A stretch of 64,000 nt of DNA. It comes from Chloroflexota bacterium (GTDB lineage Bacteria > Chloroflexota > Dehalococcoidia > Lucifugimonadales > Lucifugimonadaceae). Under the pieces are notes generated by a model. It ran no database searches. It was not told the origin of the DNA and saw nothing but the letters and a program-made list of their open reading frames with translations. The stretch covers positions 4,300-68,299 of the forward strand of contig PBHC01000003.1 of the NCBI GenBank assembly GCA_002719295.1. The letters are read 5' to 3'. Made by a program: the position numbers and the translations under genes. Each line of letters starts with the position of its first letter. Position 1 is the first letter of the stretch. This document shows, piece by piece, positions 20,549-30,701 of the stretch.

Positions 20549-22195
20549 TTACCCTTCTCTTTCTTCTTCAACTTTAGCTCCCATCGCCAAAGCAGACTTA
20601 ACTATATCGCTTTCTAATAAGTTAGATTTTGGATTGCTTTTTTGTTCTTCATCCGGCTCTTCTAATACTAATTTTATTCCATTTCCATAAACTTGAGTTA
20701 CCGCTTTTTTTACTGCTTCTCTAGCAAGTTCAAGTTCCCATTCTACCTTAAAATGATCATGCAAAGACTTGCTCTTAAATTTCAAAATCAGCCTGTCTTC
20801 AACCTTTTTTGGCACTTCTACATTTCTCAATAATGCACCTAGAACCATTTTTCCAAACTTCGCTCTCCTTAAATCAAAAAGAACTTTTTCCCAATCCTGT
20901 TTTTCGCCTGAGTCAACGACAGGGATAGACACTTCTTCAATTTCATCAGCGGGTAGTTGATTTTTTTGAACCGGAGTATCATTTTTTTGCGAATCTTCTA
21001 TTACAATATTTTTTTCTATTGGTTTATTTTTTTGAATCGGAGTATCATTTTTTTGCGAATCTTCTATTACAATATTTTTTTCTATTGGAAGTTCTTCTTT
21101 TTCAATTGCTTTACTTTCAAACATGAAGGTTAAGTACATTAGAGAAGAGTCTAAAAGAGGATCAAAGTGCTCTGTTCTTAATGAGATCATTTCTATAAAT
21201 TTTTCAAGAATTATGATTAATTTTTTAGATTCAATTCCATCAAAAACTGAAGATGTACTCTTAATGAAATCTGTAGAGTATCCTTGAATTTCTGTAGATC
21301 CATTAACAGTAAATATCCCTAATCTCAAAACATCAATAATAGAGCTAGAAAGCATCTTGAAATCTATTCCCCTAAGTCTAAGGTCTTGAAGGGTTTCAAT
21401 GAGCTCTTTTTTATTGTCATCAATTATCATTTTTAATATGCTTAAAGATAAGTTTTCATCTATGATTCCAAATAATTCTCTTGCTTTATCAATTGTTATC
21501 TCATCAAAAGCTATTGATAATTGCTCTAATAAATTACAAGCGTCTCTTAGTGAACCTGAAGAATTTTCTGCTATAAACCATAAAATTTCTTCTTTGCAAT
21601 CTATATTTTCATTTTCTGCTATAAACTTTAATCTTTTCACTACTTCTGAATTAGATACATTTCTAAAATCAAACCTTTGGCATCTAGATACAATTGTTTC
21701 TGGTAATTTTTGATATTCAGTTGTAGCTAAAATCATAATAACCTGAGGTGGTGGTTCTTCTAAAGTTTTTAAAAGAGCATTGAAGGCTTCATTAGTCAAC
21801 ATATGCACCTCATCGATAATATAAACTTTATATTTACCTGATGATGGCATAAATTGAACATTATCTAATAAAGACCTAATGTCATCAATTCTTCTATTTG
21901 AAGCTGCGTCAATCTCTATAAGGTCTAGAAATTTACCATTATCAATATCCTCAGAAATTTTAGAATCAATCTTTGGTTCTCCTTGTTCGTCAACTTCAAG
22001 ATTGAGAGCTTTAGCTAAAATTCTAGCTGTAGATGTTTTTCCAACTCCTCTAGGTCCAGTAAAAAGGTATGCGTGTGCATATTTATTTCGTAGCAAAGAA
22101 TTTCTTAATGTTACAGTGATATGATCTTGACCCATAACATCAGAAAATAGCTTAGGTCTCCATTTTTGATATAAAACTTCCCTTTTTAAACTCAT
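20549..22195 (-). CDS. dnaX: DNA polymerase III subunit gamma/tau
   Basis: LYQKWRP, GPRGVGKT, EIDAAS, DEVHML, SRC. Confidence 0.96.
   Translation of the reverse strand: MSLKREVLYQKWRPKLFSDVMGQDHITVTLRNSLLRNKYAHAYLFTGPRGVGKTSTARILAKALNLEVDEQGEPKIDSKISEDIDNGKFLDLIEIDAASNRRIDDIRSLLDNVQFMPSSGKYKVYIIDEVHMLTNEAFNALLKTLEEPPPQVIMILATTEYQKLPETIVSRCQRFDFRNVSNSEVVKRLKFIAENENIDCKEEILWFIAENSSGSLRDACNLLEQLSIAFDEITIDKARELFGIIDENLSLSILKMIIDDNKKELIETLQDLRLRGIDFKMLSSSIIDVLRLGIFTVNGSTEIQGYSTDFIKSTSSVFDGIESKKLIIILEKFIEMISLRTEHFDPLLDSSLMYLTFMFESKAIEKEELPIEKNIVIEDSQKNDTPIQKNKPIEKNIVIEDSQKNDTPVQKNQLPADEIEEVSIPVVDSGEKQDWEKVLFDLRRAKFGKMVLGALLRNVEVPKKVEDRLILKFKSKSLHDHFKVEWELELAREAVKKAVTQVYGNGIKLVLEEPDEEQKSNPKSNLLESDIVKSALAMGAKVEEEREG
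20957..21088. repeat. 66-bp in-frame tandem duplication inside dnaX
   Basis: 20960-21022 matches 21026-21088 with one mismatch; encodes PIEKNIVIEDSQKNDTP(I/V)QKN twice. Confidence 0.95.
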
Positions 22196-22198
22196 AAT

Positions 22199-22699
22199 CT
22201 ATTCTAAAATAATACTTTTTAATATTTCGTCTGTTTTTGAAAACATTATTTTTTCTTCCAAAATATCTTCATGGTTATATCCTAAAAGATGAAGTGCTCC
22301 ATGAACAGCCATTGTAGATAATTCTTTTGAAAAACTTACGCCATTTTCTAAAGATTGTGTTTGAATTTTTGGAATAGATATGTAAATTTCTCCAATTTCA
22401 TTTTTTGAGTCCTCACCAGGGAAGAGATTGGTCTCATCTATTAACTTTCCATTTTTCCATCCTTCATAAAAATTGAAAGATAAAACATCAGTTTCATAAT
22501 GATTATCTAAAAACTCAGAATTTAACTTTTTTATCTCTTCATTATCAATTAAATAAACATTAAATTTATAAGAATCATTTATATTTTCTGATTTTCTAGT
22601 TGTTTGTATAGATTTTATTATTAGCTCAAAATATTCTTCCCAAGAACTTGAAGATTCACATGAAACAAAAATATTATCTTGTGACTTTGACTTTTCCAC
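22199..22699 (-). CDS. ybeY: rRNA maturation RNase YbeY
   Basis: TDVLSF, GEIYIS, HGALHLLGYNH. Confidence 0.93.
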   Translation of the reverse strand: MEKSKSQDNIFVSCESSSSWEEYFELIIKSIQTTRKSENINDSYKFNVYLIDNEEIKKLNSEFLDNHYETDVLSFNFYEGWKNGKLIDETNLFPGEDSKNEIGEIYISIPKIQTQSLENGVSFSKELSTMAVHGALHLLGYNHEDILEEKIMFSKTDEILKSIILE

Positions 22700-23020
22700 C
22701 TATTTATTACTCATTTTTTGAAAAATATTTTCACGCATTACTCTCATTCTTGAGTAGAAAGGTGCATACTCTGAGTCAATATCTACAATATCTGAAGTAG
22801 ACGCGAGGCAATAATTAATTTTCTCTCTAAGATCATGTTGAGAAAAATATTCAATTTCTATAGAAGTTTTTATTTCAAGAAGTAAAGGGATAATATTTTC
22901 TGCAAAAATAGTGTTTATTTTTTTCTTCTGATCTAATACAGATTTTATTTGAATATCTTCAACAAGCTTATCTATTTCATATAAAAGATCTTTTGTTAGT
23001 ATTTTGGGATTTTTATTCAT
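22700..23020 (-). CDS. hypothetical protein
   Basis: 106-aa ORF abutting ybeY at the head of the operon. Confidence 0.6.
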   Translation of the reverse strand: MNKNPKILTKDLLYEIDKLVEDIQIKSVLDQKKKINTIFAENIIPLLLEIKTSIEIEYFSQHDLREKINYCLASTSDIVDIDSEYAPFYSRMRVMRENIFQKMSNK

Positions 23021-23148
23021 TTAGATAAGATACGTAATTTGATTATTAAAACTATATACAATTATTATATTCTAATCATCAAATTGTTTTAATTTGCTTA
23101 TCGAAATAGTACAAACAAATATATAGAATTAAATAAAAAGCTCAGAAT

Positions 23149-26100
23149 TTGGTCAAATCAAGCAAAATAATAATAAAAGGTGCTCGGGAGCACAACTTAA
23201 GAAATGTCGATCTTGACATTCCAAGAGAAAAATTTGTAGTTATTACAGGAGTTTCTGGTTCAGGCAAAAGTAGCTTAGCGTTTGATACTCTTTATGCAGA
23301 AGGTCAAAGAAGATACGTAGAATCTTTATCTGCTTATGCAAGACAATTTTTAGGAAGAATGGAAAAACCTGACGTCGATCAGATAGACGGCCTTTCTCCT
23401 TCTATTTCAATTGATCAAAAAGGAGTTTCTAAAAATCCAAGATCAACCGTAGGTACTGTAACCGAAATATATGATTATTTCAGACTTTTATACGCCCGAA
23501 TAGGAATTCCTCATTGCTACAATTGCGGAAAACTTGTTGAAAAACAAGATGTACAAAAAATAGTTGAGGACATATTTAACTATGAGGAAGAAACAAGGTT
23601 TATGGTTCTTGCTCCTGTTATCAGGCATATGAAAGGTCAGCATGTTAATGTGCTTGAAAAAATAAAATCTGAAGGTTTTTCTCGAGTAAGGGTTGACGGT
23701 GAAATTTACGAACTAGATGAAGAAATAAAACTAGAAAAAAATAAATGGCACAATATTGAAATAGTTATAGACAGATTGATAATCAATTCAAATGTAGATA
23801 AAAACAGAATTTCTTCTTCGGTGGAAACAGGGCTGAAATATGGAAACGGGGTAATATACGTTGACAAAATCAGTGAAGAAGAAATCATATATTCTGAACT
23901 TCTTGCGTGCACAGAATGCAATATTTCTTTATCTGAACTAGAGCCTAGAAGCTTTTCTTTTAATACCCCTTTCGGCGCCTGCACAAAGTGTACGGGCCTA
24001 GGTTTTTCATTAGAAGTCGATCCCAATCTAATAATAAGAGATGCCAATGCATCCATTAATGAAAAAGGGATGGATATAGTTGAAGATGCAAGAATAGTTG
24101 TAAGTTGGCAAAAAAACAACTTTTACTCTATTCTTGAAGACTTGGAAGTTGATAAAAACGCACCTATAAAAAAAATACATAAATCTATATTAAATTTGCT
24201 TTTATATGGAGTCATAGATTCTGAGTTTCCAAAAAAAGATAACATAGAAGATTTAGAATTCCAACTTAGATATTTTGACGGACTCATCCCTTCTATAGAA
24301 AAAAGGTACTTAAACACAGATTCTGACAAAATAAAAGAAGAAATTCTAAAATTTATGTCTGAAAGCCCTTGTTCAAATTGCAAAGGAGAAAGGCTAAAAC
24401 CAGAGTCTCTGTCTGTAATGGTTCTTGAAAAGAATATTATGGAAGCAACAAGCCTTTCTATTGACGATTGCTTTAAATGGATAAACGAAACAGATAAAAA
24501 TAAAAATCTATTATCTGAAAGTGAAAAAAAGATTTCTGAAGAAATTTTTAAAGAAATTAATTCAAGGTTATCTTTTCTTAGAGAAGTAGGATTAGGGTAT
24601 ATTAGCTTAGACAGAATGTCTTCTACTCTTTCTGGAGGAGAAGGGCAAAGGATCAGATTGGCAACTCAAATAGGCGCAGGATTAACTGGTGTAATGTATG
24701 TTTGCGATGAGCCTTCAATAGGGTTGCACCCCATAGATAATGAAAAATTAATTAAAACGCTAATCAACCTTAAAGATATTGGAAATACAGTTATTGTCGT
24801 AGAGCACGACGAATATGTTATGAAATCTGCGGATCAAATTATCGATATGGGGCCTGGGGCAGGTTCTTATGGTGGAAATGTTGTTGCTCAAGGATCGCCT
24901 GATGAAATAATGAAAAATGAAAAATCCCTCACCGGAATGTATTTGTCTGGCAAAAAAGAAATTTCAATTCCAAAAAATAGAAAGAAAAGCTCAAATTATA
25001 TACAAATTAAAGGCGCTGCTGAAAATAATTTAAAAAATATTGACGTAAATATTCCTTTAAATAATTTTGTTTGTGTTGCAGGTGTGTCAGGTTCAGGAAA
25101 AAGTACACTAATTAACGATATTCTTTCTAAGGCTCTGCTCAAAAAAATAACAAAAAAATCTGTAAAAGAAGGAAAATACTCTGAGATTAAAGGAATTGAA
25201 AATATAGACAAGATTATAGTAATAGATCAATCTCCAATAGGAAGAACTCCAAGATCAAATCCTGCTACTTATACAGGATTATTTACTCCTATTAGAGAAC
25301 TTTTTGCAAAAATGCCTGAAGCAATGAGTAGGGGTTATAAAGCAGGAAGATTTTCTTTCAACGTAAAAGGGGGAAGATGTGAGGATTGTTCTGGAGCTGG
25401 ATACAAAGAAATAGAAATGCAATTTTTACCAGATGTAACTATTCCTTGTGAAGTATGTAATGGAAAACGATATAACAATGATGCACTTGATATTAAATTT
25501 AAAGGAGAATCAATTGCCGATATTCTCAACAAAACAGTTGAAGATTCTATCGAAATATTTGAAAATATACCAAATATTAAGAAAAAGCTAGAAACATTAA
25601 ATAATGTGGGATTAGGATATATAAAACTTGGCCAACCAGCTACAACATTATCAGGTGGAGAGGCTCAAAGGATCAAATTAGCAACAGAATTATCAAAAAG
25701 ATCTACTGGAAATACTTTTTATATATTAGACGAACCAACTACAGGTTTATCTTTTGATGATTGCTCTAAACTATTAAATGTTTTACATGCTCTAGTTAAA
25801 AATGGAAATTCTGTAGTGGTAATAGAGCATCATTTAGATATGATAAAAAATGCAGATTGGATAATTGAGCTAGGACCTCAAGCTGGAGAAAAAGGAGGAG
25901 AAATAATTTGTGAAGGAACGCCTGAATTTGTAGCATCAACAAAAACTGCAACAGGTAAATTTCTAAACGAACTCCCTAATATAAAGAGTGATAAAAAAGC
26001 AGAAGGAAAATTGCATAAAACAAAAAAAATAAAGAAAAGCAATCAAATAAAAATAAAAAACGACTTTCTTCCAGAAAGACCAAAAGATTTAAAGATAAAA

Positions 26101-26157
26101 AAAAGAAAATATACTCTTAGTAGATGGCGCAGAAGAAGGGCTTCAAGGCCTGTTTAA
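23149..26157 (+). CDS. uvrA: excinuclease ABC subunit A
   Basis: GAREHNL, two GVSGSGKS, two LSGGE, zinc fingers. Confidence 0.98.
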   Translation: MVKSSKIIIKGAREHNLRNVDLDIPREKFVVITGVSGSGKSSLAFDTLYAEGQRRYVESLSAYARQFLGRMEKPDVDQIDGLSPSISIDQKGVSKNPRSTVGTVTEIYDYFRLLYARIGIPHCYNCGKLVEKQDVQKIVEDIFNYEEETRFMVLAPVIRHMKGQHVNVLEKIKSEGFSRVRVDGEIYELDEEIKLEKNKWHNIEIVIDRLIINSNVDKNRISSSVETGLKYGNGVIYVDKISEEEIIYSELLACTECNISLSELEPRSFSFNTPFGACTKCTGLGFSLEVDPNLIIRDANASINEKGMDIVEDARIVVSWQKNNFYSILEDLEVDKNAPIKKIHKSILNLLLYGVIDSEFPKKDNIEDLEFQLRYFDGLIPSIEKRYLNTDSDKIKEEILKFMSESPCSNCKGERLKPESLSVMVLEKNIMEATSLSIDDCFKWINETDKNKNLLSESEKKISEEIFKEINSRLSFLREVGLGYISLDRMSSTLSGGEGQRIRLATQIGAGLTGVMYVCDEPSIGLHPIDNEKLIKTLINLKDIGNTVIVVEHDEYVMKSADQIIDMGPGAGSYGGNVVAQGSPDEIMKNEKSLTGMYLSGKKEISIPKNRKKSSNYIQIKGAAENNLKNIDVNIPLNNFVCVAGVSGSGKSTLINDILSKALLKKITKKSVKEGKYSEIKGIENIDKIIVIDQSPIGRTPRSNPATYTGLFTPIRELFAKMPEAMSRGYKAGRFSFNVKGGRCEDCSGAGYKEIEMQFLPDVTIPCEVCNGKRYNNDALDIKFKGESIADILNKTVEDSIEIFENIPNIKKKLETLNNVGLGYIKLGQPATTLSGGEAQRIKLATELSKRSTGNTFYILDEPTTGLSFDDCSKLLNVLHALVKNGNSVVVIEHHLDMIKNADWIIELGPQAGEKGGEIICEGTPEFVASTKTATGKFLNELPNIKSDKKAEGKLHKTKKIKKSNQIKIKNDFLPERPKDLKIKKRKYTLSRWRRRRASRPV

Positions 26158-26678
26158 AAAAATTCTATAATTGAGCCAACCACGTCTACGGCACGGTAAT
26201 TATCTAAAACTTTCCATATGTGCAAAATATACTCTTGAAGTAGCTTTAAGGCTAAAGAAAAAAACAAAACTATAATTATTTTATTTTTGGTAATTTTAAA
26301 TTTATAGTGATTTAAAAAAGCAATACCTATAAACCAAAATTCAAAAATATTTGGGAAGAAAAATAAAATAAATCTTTCCTCAATAATTTCAAAAAGAACA
26401 AAGCCAAATATCCTAAAAACAAATAGAAATATACTTATATTTCTTAATGCAGAACTCCATCTTAAAGTTATAAGCAAAAAAAATGAGATATAGAATAAAT
26501 CCAAAAATTTATCTAGAGCCTGATAATTCCTGACTCCTCCTAAAGAAATTAAGTTCATCATAAATAAATCTGAAAAATCTATCAATATTACAAAAAATGC
26601 ACCTATAAAATTAAACTTGAAAACTATTAGAGATGCGAAAATTCGTACAGATGAAATTATTAATTCTTCTATGGTCAT
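26154..26678 (-). CDS. hypothetical multi-pass membrane protein
   Basis: hydrophobic 174 aa with YQALDKFLD and FPNIFE motifs. Confidence 0.7.
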   Translation of the reverse strand: MTIEELIISSVRIFASLIVFKFNFIGAFFVILIDFSDLFMMNLISLGGVRNYQALDKFLDLFYISFFLLITLRWSSALRNISIFLFVFRIFGFVLFEIIEERFILFFFPNIFEFWFIGIAFLNHYKFKITKNKIIIVLFFSLALKLLQEYILHIWKVLDNYRAVDVVGSIIEFF

Positions 26679-26777
26679 TTTCAGATTATAGAAGTTATTT
26701 GAATTTAATAAAACTGCATTTTTCTAATTATAAAACCTATGGTCCTAAGTAGGTATATAATCATGTAAAATTATTTT

Positions 26778-28256
26778 ATGGATAGTGAAAAAAAATATGT
26801 AATATCAATCGATCAGGGAAGCACATCTACAAGATCTGTTATTTATGACTTAAATTTAAATTTAATATCTTCTAGCCAAATCAAGTTGGAGGAAATTTAT
26901 CCTGAAAATGGTTGGGTTGAATTAGAACCTTATAAAATTATTGAATCAGTAATTAAAACTATAAATAATGCAATACTTGATTCAGGAATAAATATAAAAA
27001 ACATATTATCGATAGGACTTACAAACCAACGAGAAACTGTTGTATTTTGGGATAAAAAGACCCTAAAACCTTTTGGAAATGCAATAAGCTGGCAATGCTT
27101 GAGAGGAATTGAAATTTGTGAAAAATTAAAAAGTACTGAATTTGAAAAAAAATTTATTGAATCTACTGGTCTGAAAATAGACCCTTATTTTTCATTTTCA
27201 AAAATAATATGGGCCATCGAAAATAACAAAGAAATAAACAATGCATTAAAAAACAACCGCCTCCGCATAGGAACAATTGATACATGGATTCTAGCAAATT
27301 TAACAGATAGTGAGGAGCATAAAATAGAAATAACTAATGCTTCAAGAACTGGGTTGTTTAACACCAAAACAGAAGAATGGGACGAAAGTTTATTATCATT
27401 ACTTAATTTAGACAAATCTATTTTTCCTTCAGTTCATCCCTCTGATGCTGTTTTTGGAAAAACTAAGAAAAAATTATTCGGAAAAGAAATAGAAATAAAT
27501 GCAATTTTGGGAGATCAACAGTCGTCTTTATATGGACACAAAGATGGAAATCAATATGAAATAAAATGTACATTTGGGACAGGGGGGTTTCTTCTAATAG
27601 ATACTGGCGAAAAAAGATTTAGCTACAATAATAATTTTTTATCAACAATAGCATTTAAGAAAAATGAAAAAACCATGCATGCTCTAGAAGGAAGTATTCT
27701 TTCAGCAGGATCAACTTTAGAATGGCTTAAAAAAATAAATGTAATTGAAAATTTTGAAGATATTGAAAATCAATTAAATTCAACTCAATTAAATGATGTT
27801 CAGCTTATTCCCGCATTAAATGGCTTGGGCGCACCTTTTTGGGATGGAAAAATTAGAGCAAGCATAGAAAACATAAATTCTGGCACAACAAAAGAAGAAA
27901 TAATTCGTTCAGCTTTTGAAAGTATAGGTTTTTCTACAAAAGCAATATTGGAAAAAATAGAAGAAACAATAAGCTTTCCTGTCAAAGTATTAAAAATTGA
28001 TGGAGGGCTGTCAAAAAGTCCTTTTTTTTGCCAATTTTTATCTGATTTACTAAACATAAAAGTAAAAGCTTCAATTAACAGTGAAATCACTTCAATGGGA
28101 GTGGCAAAATTAGCCATAGAAAAATTTAATATAGATTATAAATTTAAAATTCCGTATAGTGAATTTGATCCTATAAGTAATAACAAGAATGTGTATACTA
28201 ATAAATACAAAAAATGGAAAAAATTAATAGAAAATAAGATCAAAGTAAAGGAATAA
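26778..28256 (+). CDS. glpK: glycerol kinase (FGGY family)
   Basis: IDQGSTSTR, TNQRET, TNASRT, GDQQ, GLGAPFWD. Confidence 0.88.
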   Translation: MDSEKKYVISIDQGSTSTRSVIYDLNLNLISSSQIKLEEIYPENGWVELEPYKIIESVIKTINNAILDSGINIKNILSIGLTNQRETVVFWDKKTLKPFGNAISWQCLRGIEICEKLKSTEFEKKFIESTGLKIDPYFSFSKIIWAIENNKEINNALKNNRLRIGTIDTWILANLTDSEEHKIEITNASRTGLFNTKTEEWDESLLSLLNLDKSIFPSVHPSDAVFGKTKKKLFGKEIEINAILGDQQSSLYGHKDGNQYEIKCTFGTGGFLLIDTGEKRFSYNNNFLSTIAFKKNEKTMHALEGSILSAGSTLEWLKKINVIENFEDIENQLNSTQLNDVQLIPALNGLGAPFWDGKIRASIENINSGTTKEEIIRSAFESIGFSTKAILEKIEETISFPVKVLKIDGGLSKSPFFCQFLSDLLNIKVKASINSEITSMGVAKLAIEKFNIDYKFKIPYSEFDPISNNKNVYTNKYKKWKKLIENKIKVKE

Positions 28257-28259
28257 TAA

Positions 28260-29294
28260 ATGTACGTTGGAACACAAGTTGCGCCGAGAAATATATCTGA
28301 TCTTGAAGCATGGTCTCAATTGGGAGTTAACAATATTTGCGCAGATCCTTTTGAAGAAGATAAAAATGGAAATTATAAAGCAATAAATCCTCACGATTGG
28401 ACTGCTGAAATTTTAGAAAGACATATTGAATTATTAAATAAAAATGGATTAACTTTAGATATGGTTCAAATACCATTGTCTTCAATGCCTCTTGAAAAAT
28501 CACAGAGCCCAAATATTATGCTTGGAAAATCACCTGAAAGAGACAAGGAAATTGATTCTATACAAAATATTCTATCCCTTTGCTCAAAGGTTGGTATTCC
28601 TGCAGTAAAATACAACATGAATATAATAGGTATTCCGCGATCTGAGCAAGAAAAAGGTAGGGGCGGGTCATTAAATTCTACTTTTCGATGGGAAAAAATG
28701 GATAAAAATGCTGAACCTGGAATTGCAGGTATTTTAGATGTAGATACTAATTGGGAAAGAATTGATTATTTTTTGGATAAAATAGTTCCTGTTGCTGAAG
28801 AGTTAAAAGTTCGTCTAGCATGCCATCCACATGATCCATATACTCCTGACGGATATAAAGGGGTAACTCGAGTACTAGGAACTGTTGATGGTCTTAAAAA
28901 ATTTATAAGTTTGCATGAAAGTCCATATCATGGCCTTAATTTTTGCCAAGGAACTGTTACAGAAATGCTAGATGATCCCGGTAAAGAGATTTTCGATGTA
29001 ATTAGATATTTTGGAGAAAGAAAAAAGATATTTAACGTCCACTTTAGAAACATATTAGGAAAAAAGTTGGACTTTATGGAAGTATTTCCTGACGAAGGAT
29101 CAATAGATATGATTGAAGCACTAAAAACATATAAAGAAGTAGGTTATGAATATATGCTTATGCCAGATCATGTTCCAACTATTTCAGGGCCAAATAATAA
29201 AGGGGTCGCATTTGCTTACTGTTACGGATATATAGCTGCTGGACTACAATCAATAGGCCATCACAGAAATATTCCATGGGTAAGAAAAGAATAA
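28260..29294 (+). CDS. mannonate dehydratase (UxuA) family protein
   Basis: CHPHDP, GLNFCQG, VHFRN, MPDHVP. Confidence 0.85.
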   Translation: MYVGTQVAPRNISDLEAWSQLGVNNICADPFEEDKNGNYKAINPHDWTAEILERHIELLNKNGLTLDMVQIPLSSMPLEKSQSPNIMLGKSPERDKEIDSIQNILSLCSKVGIPAVKYNMNIIGIPRSEQEKGRGGSLNSTFRWEKMDKNAEPGIAGILDVDTNWERIDYFLDKIVPVAEELKVRLACHPHDPYTPDGYKGVTRVLGTVDGLKKFISLHESPYHGLNFCQGTVTEMLDDPGKEIFDVIRYFGERKKIFNVHFRNILGKKLDFMEVFPDEGSIDMIEALKTYKEVGYEYMLMPDHVPTISGPNNKGVAFAYCYGYIAAGLQSIGHHRNIPWVRKE

Positions 29295-29325
29295 TACTTA
29301 ACCCTAAAATAAAAGAATTTCTAAT

Positions 29326-29718
29326 TTATGGTGCAGGTTGAATCAATTCTATTCTTATTCCACCTGGAGCACCAATAAAACCTATTTTTCTTCCATCTGG
29401 CTGAGGAAGTGGGCCTTCTTTATGCACTGCTCCTAAAGCAACTAAACGCTCAATATCAGCCTCAATATCATCTGTATCGAATCCAAAATGCTCTAGTCCA
29501 TAATGTGCATCATCATCTGATGGACCTAATTTTTCATCTGTTCTTTCACTTGAAATATTAATCGCAAGTCCGCCCTCTGATTCAGTGATAATAAATGTAT
29601 CTCCAACAGGTCGTACTGTTTCAGAAATAATTTTAACGTTGAAAGCTTTTACAAACCATTCAGCAGTAATTTTTGGGTCTTTAGACTTTAAATGAATATG
29701 ATTTACTTTGTAAGGCAT
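29326..29718 (-). CDS. VOC/glyoxalase family protein
   Basis: NHIHL, LEHFGF, PGGIRIELIQ. Confidence 0.85.
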   Translation of the reverse strand: MPYKVNHIHLKSKDPKITAEWFVKAFNVKIISETVRPVGDTFIITESEGGLAINISSERTDEKLGPSDDDAHYGLEHFGFDTDDIEADIERLVALGAVHKEGPLPQPDGRKIGFIGAPGGIRIELIQPAP

Positions 29719-29737
29719 TAATGTCTCCTTATTTTTT

Positions 29738-30700
29738 TTATAAATTTTCTTGATGTACCGATTTTATAACATCTAATACAAACGGACCTTGCTTTTGAAG
29801 AGTTATTTCCATTTTATTTCTTTTGTATATCTCTATTTCTCTCTCTCCATCTAGAGCTATGGTTCCTGAATAATTAGATATATTAAATTTTTTATCATAT
29901 GAAAAAAGCTGCCAATCTTTGATATAAATTTCTGAAATCAACCCTGGGGCAATTGTAGCGTAGATTTTCTCTCCCTTATTAGAAAAATCTAATTTAATTG
30001 CTTTATTTTTGGGGATTTTAGTAACTTTAGAGCCAATAGAAGAAAGGCCAATTGAAACAGGATTAGATTGCGTCAAAAACAGATGATCTAAAACATTTGG
30101 GTCCCAAATAGCTTTTGAACCGACAAAGTTTTGGTTACTAATGGCCATGTCTATCAATGCTATATCTTCATATTTATTATCAATTGAAATTGAGAGCTTA
30201 GGCTTTTGAGATATAAGATTTTTATTAAATTTTTCTCCTTTAGTCATGATATAAAACCCTGTAGCTAGTCCAGCTATTGTTGGGTCAATAATAATTGGAA
30301 AAGCATTATTCGTGCCCGTAGATATTGGTATCAAGGGAACATTTCCAATATTTTTTGCAACAAGCCTGTTTGTACCATCTCCTCCTAAAACTAAAACGCA
30401 ATCGCAATTCAACTGATTAATTAATTTAGCGGCAAGAAGAGTTTGTTCCGGTCCATCATAGTGTTTTGTATCTAGGAACTTCATGTCTAAATCATTTTTT
30501 AATTCTTCTACACAAGGTCGGAATAAACCTGATTTGTCTGGCATAAAATAAATTTCATTAACGCCTTTATATACCAATCCTTTAACAAATCTTGTGATTA
30601 TATTTGCTTTTTCTTGATTTGAAATGACTCTTCCAGAGGCTACAAGCCTTCTAATGTCTTTTCCAGCAGACGGGTTAGCTATAATCCCTACGCTACCCAA
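29738..30700 (-). CDS. AcoX-like / NAD kinase family protein
   Basis: GIIANPSAGKDIRRL, LGGDGT, STGTNNAFP, ALDGERE. Confidence 0.85.
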   Translation of the reverse strand: MGSVGIIANPSAGKDIRRLVASGRVISNQEKANIITRFVKGLVYKGVNEIYFMPDKSGLFRPCVEELKNDLDMKFLDTKHYDGPEQTLLAAKLINQLNCDCVLVLGGDGTNRLVAKNIGNVPLIPISTGTNNAFPIIIDPTIAGLATGFYIMTKGEKFNKNLISQKPKLSISIDNKYEDIALIDMAISNQNFVGSKAIWDPNVLDHLFLTQSNPVSIGLSSIGSKVTKIPKNKAIKLDFSNKGEKIYATIAPGLISEIYIKDWQLFSYDKKFNISNYSGTIALDGEREIEIYKRNKMEITLQKQGPFVLDVIKSVHQENL

Positions 30701-30701
30701 T

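Noticed and set aside
23021..23148. LexA/SOS box before uvrA
   Set aside because: No GAAC-N4-GTTC or other convincing palindrome.
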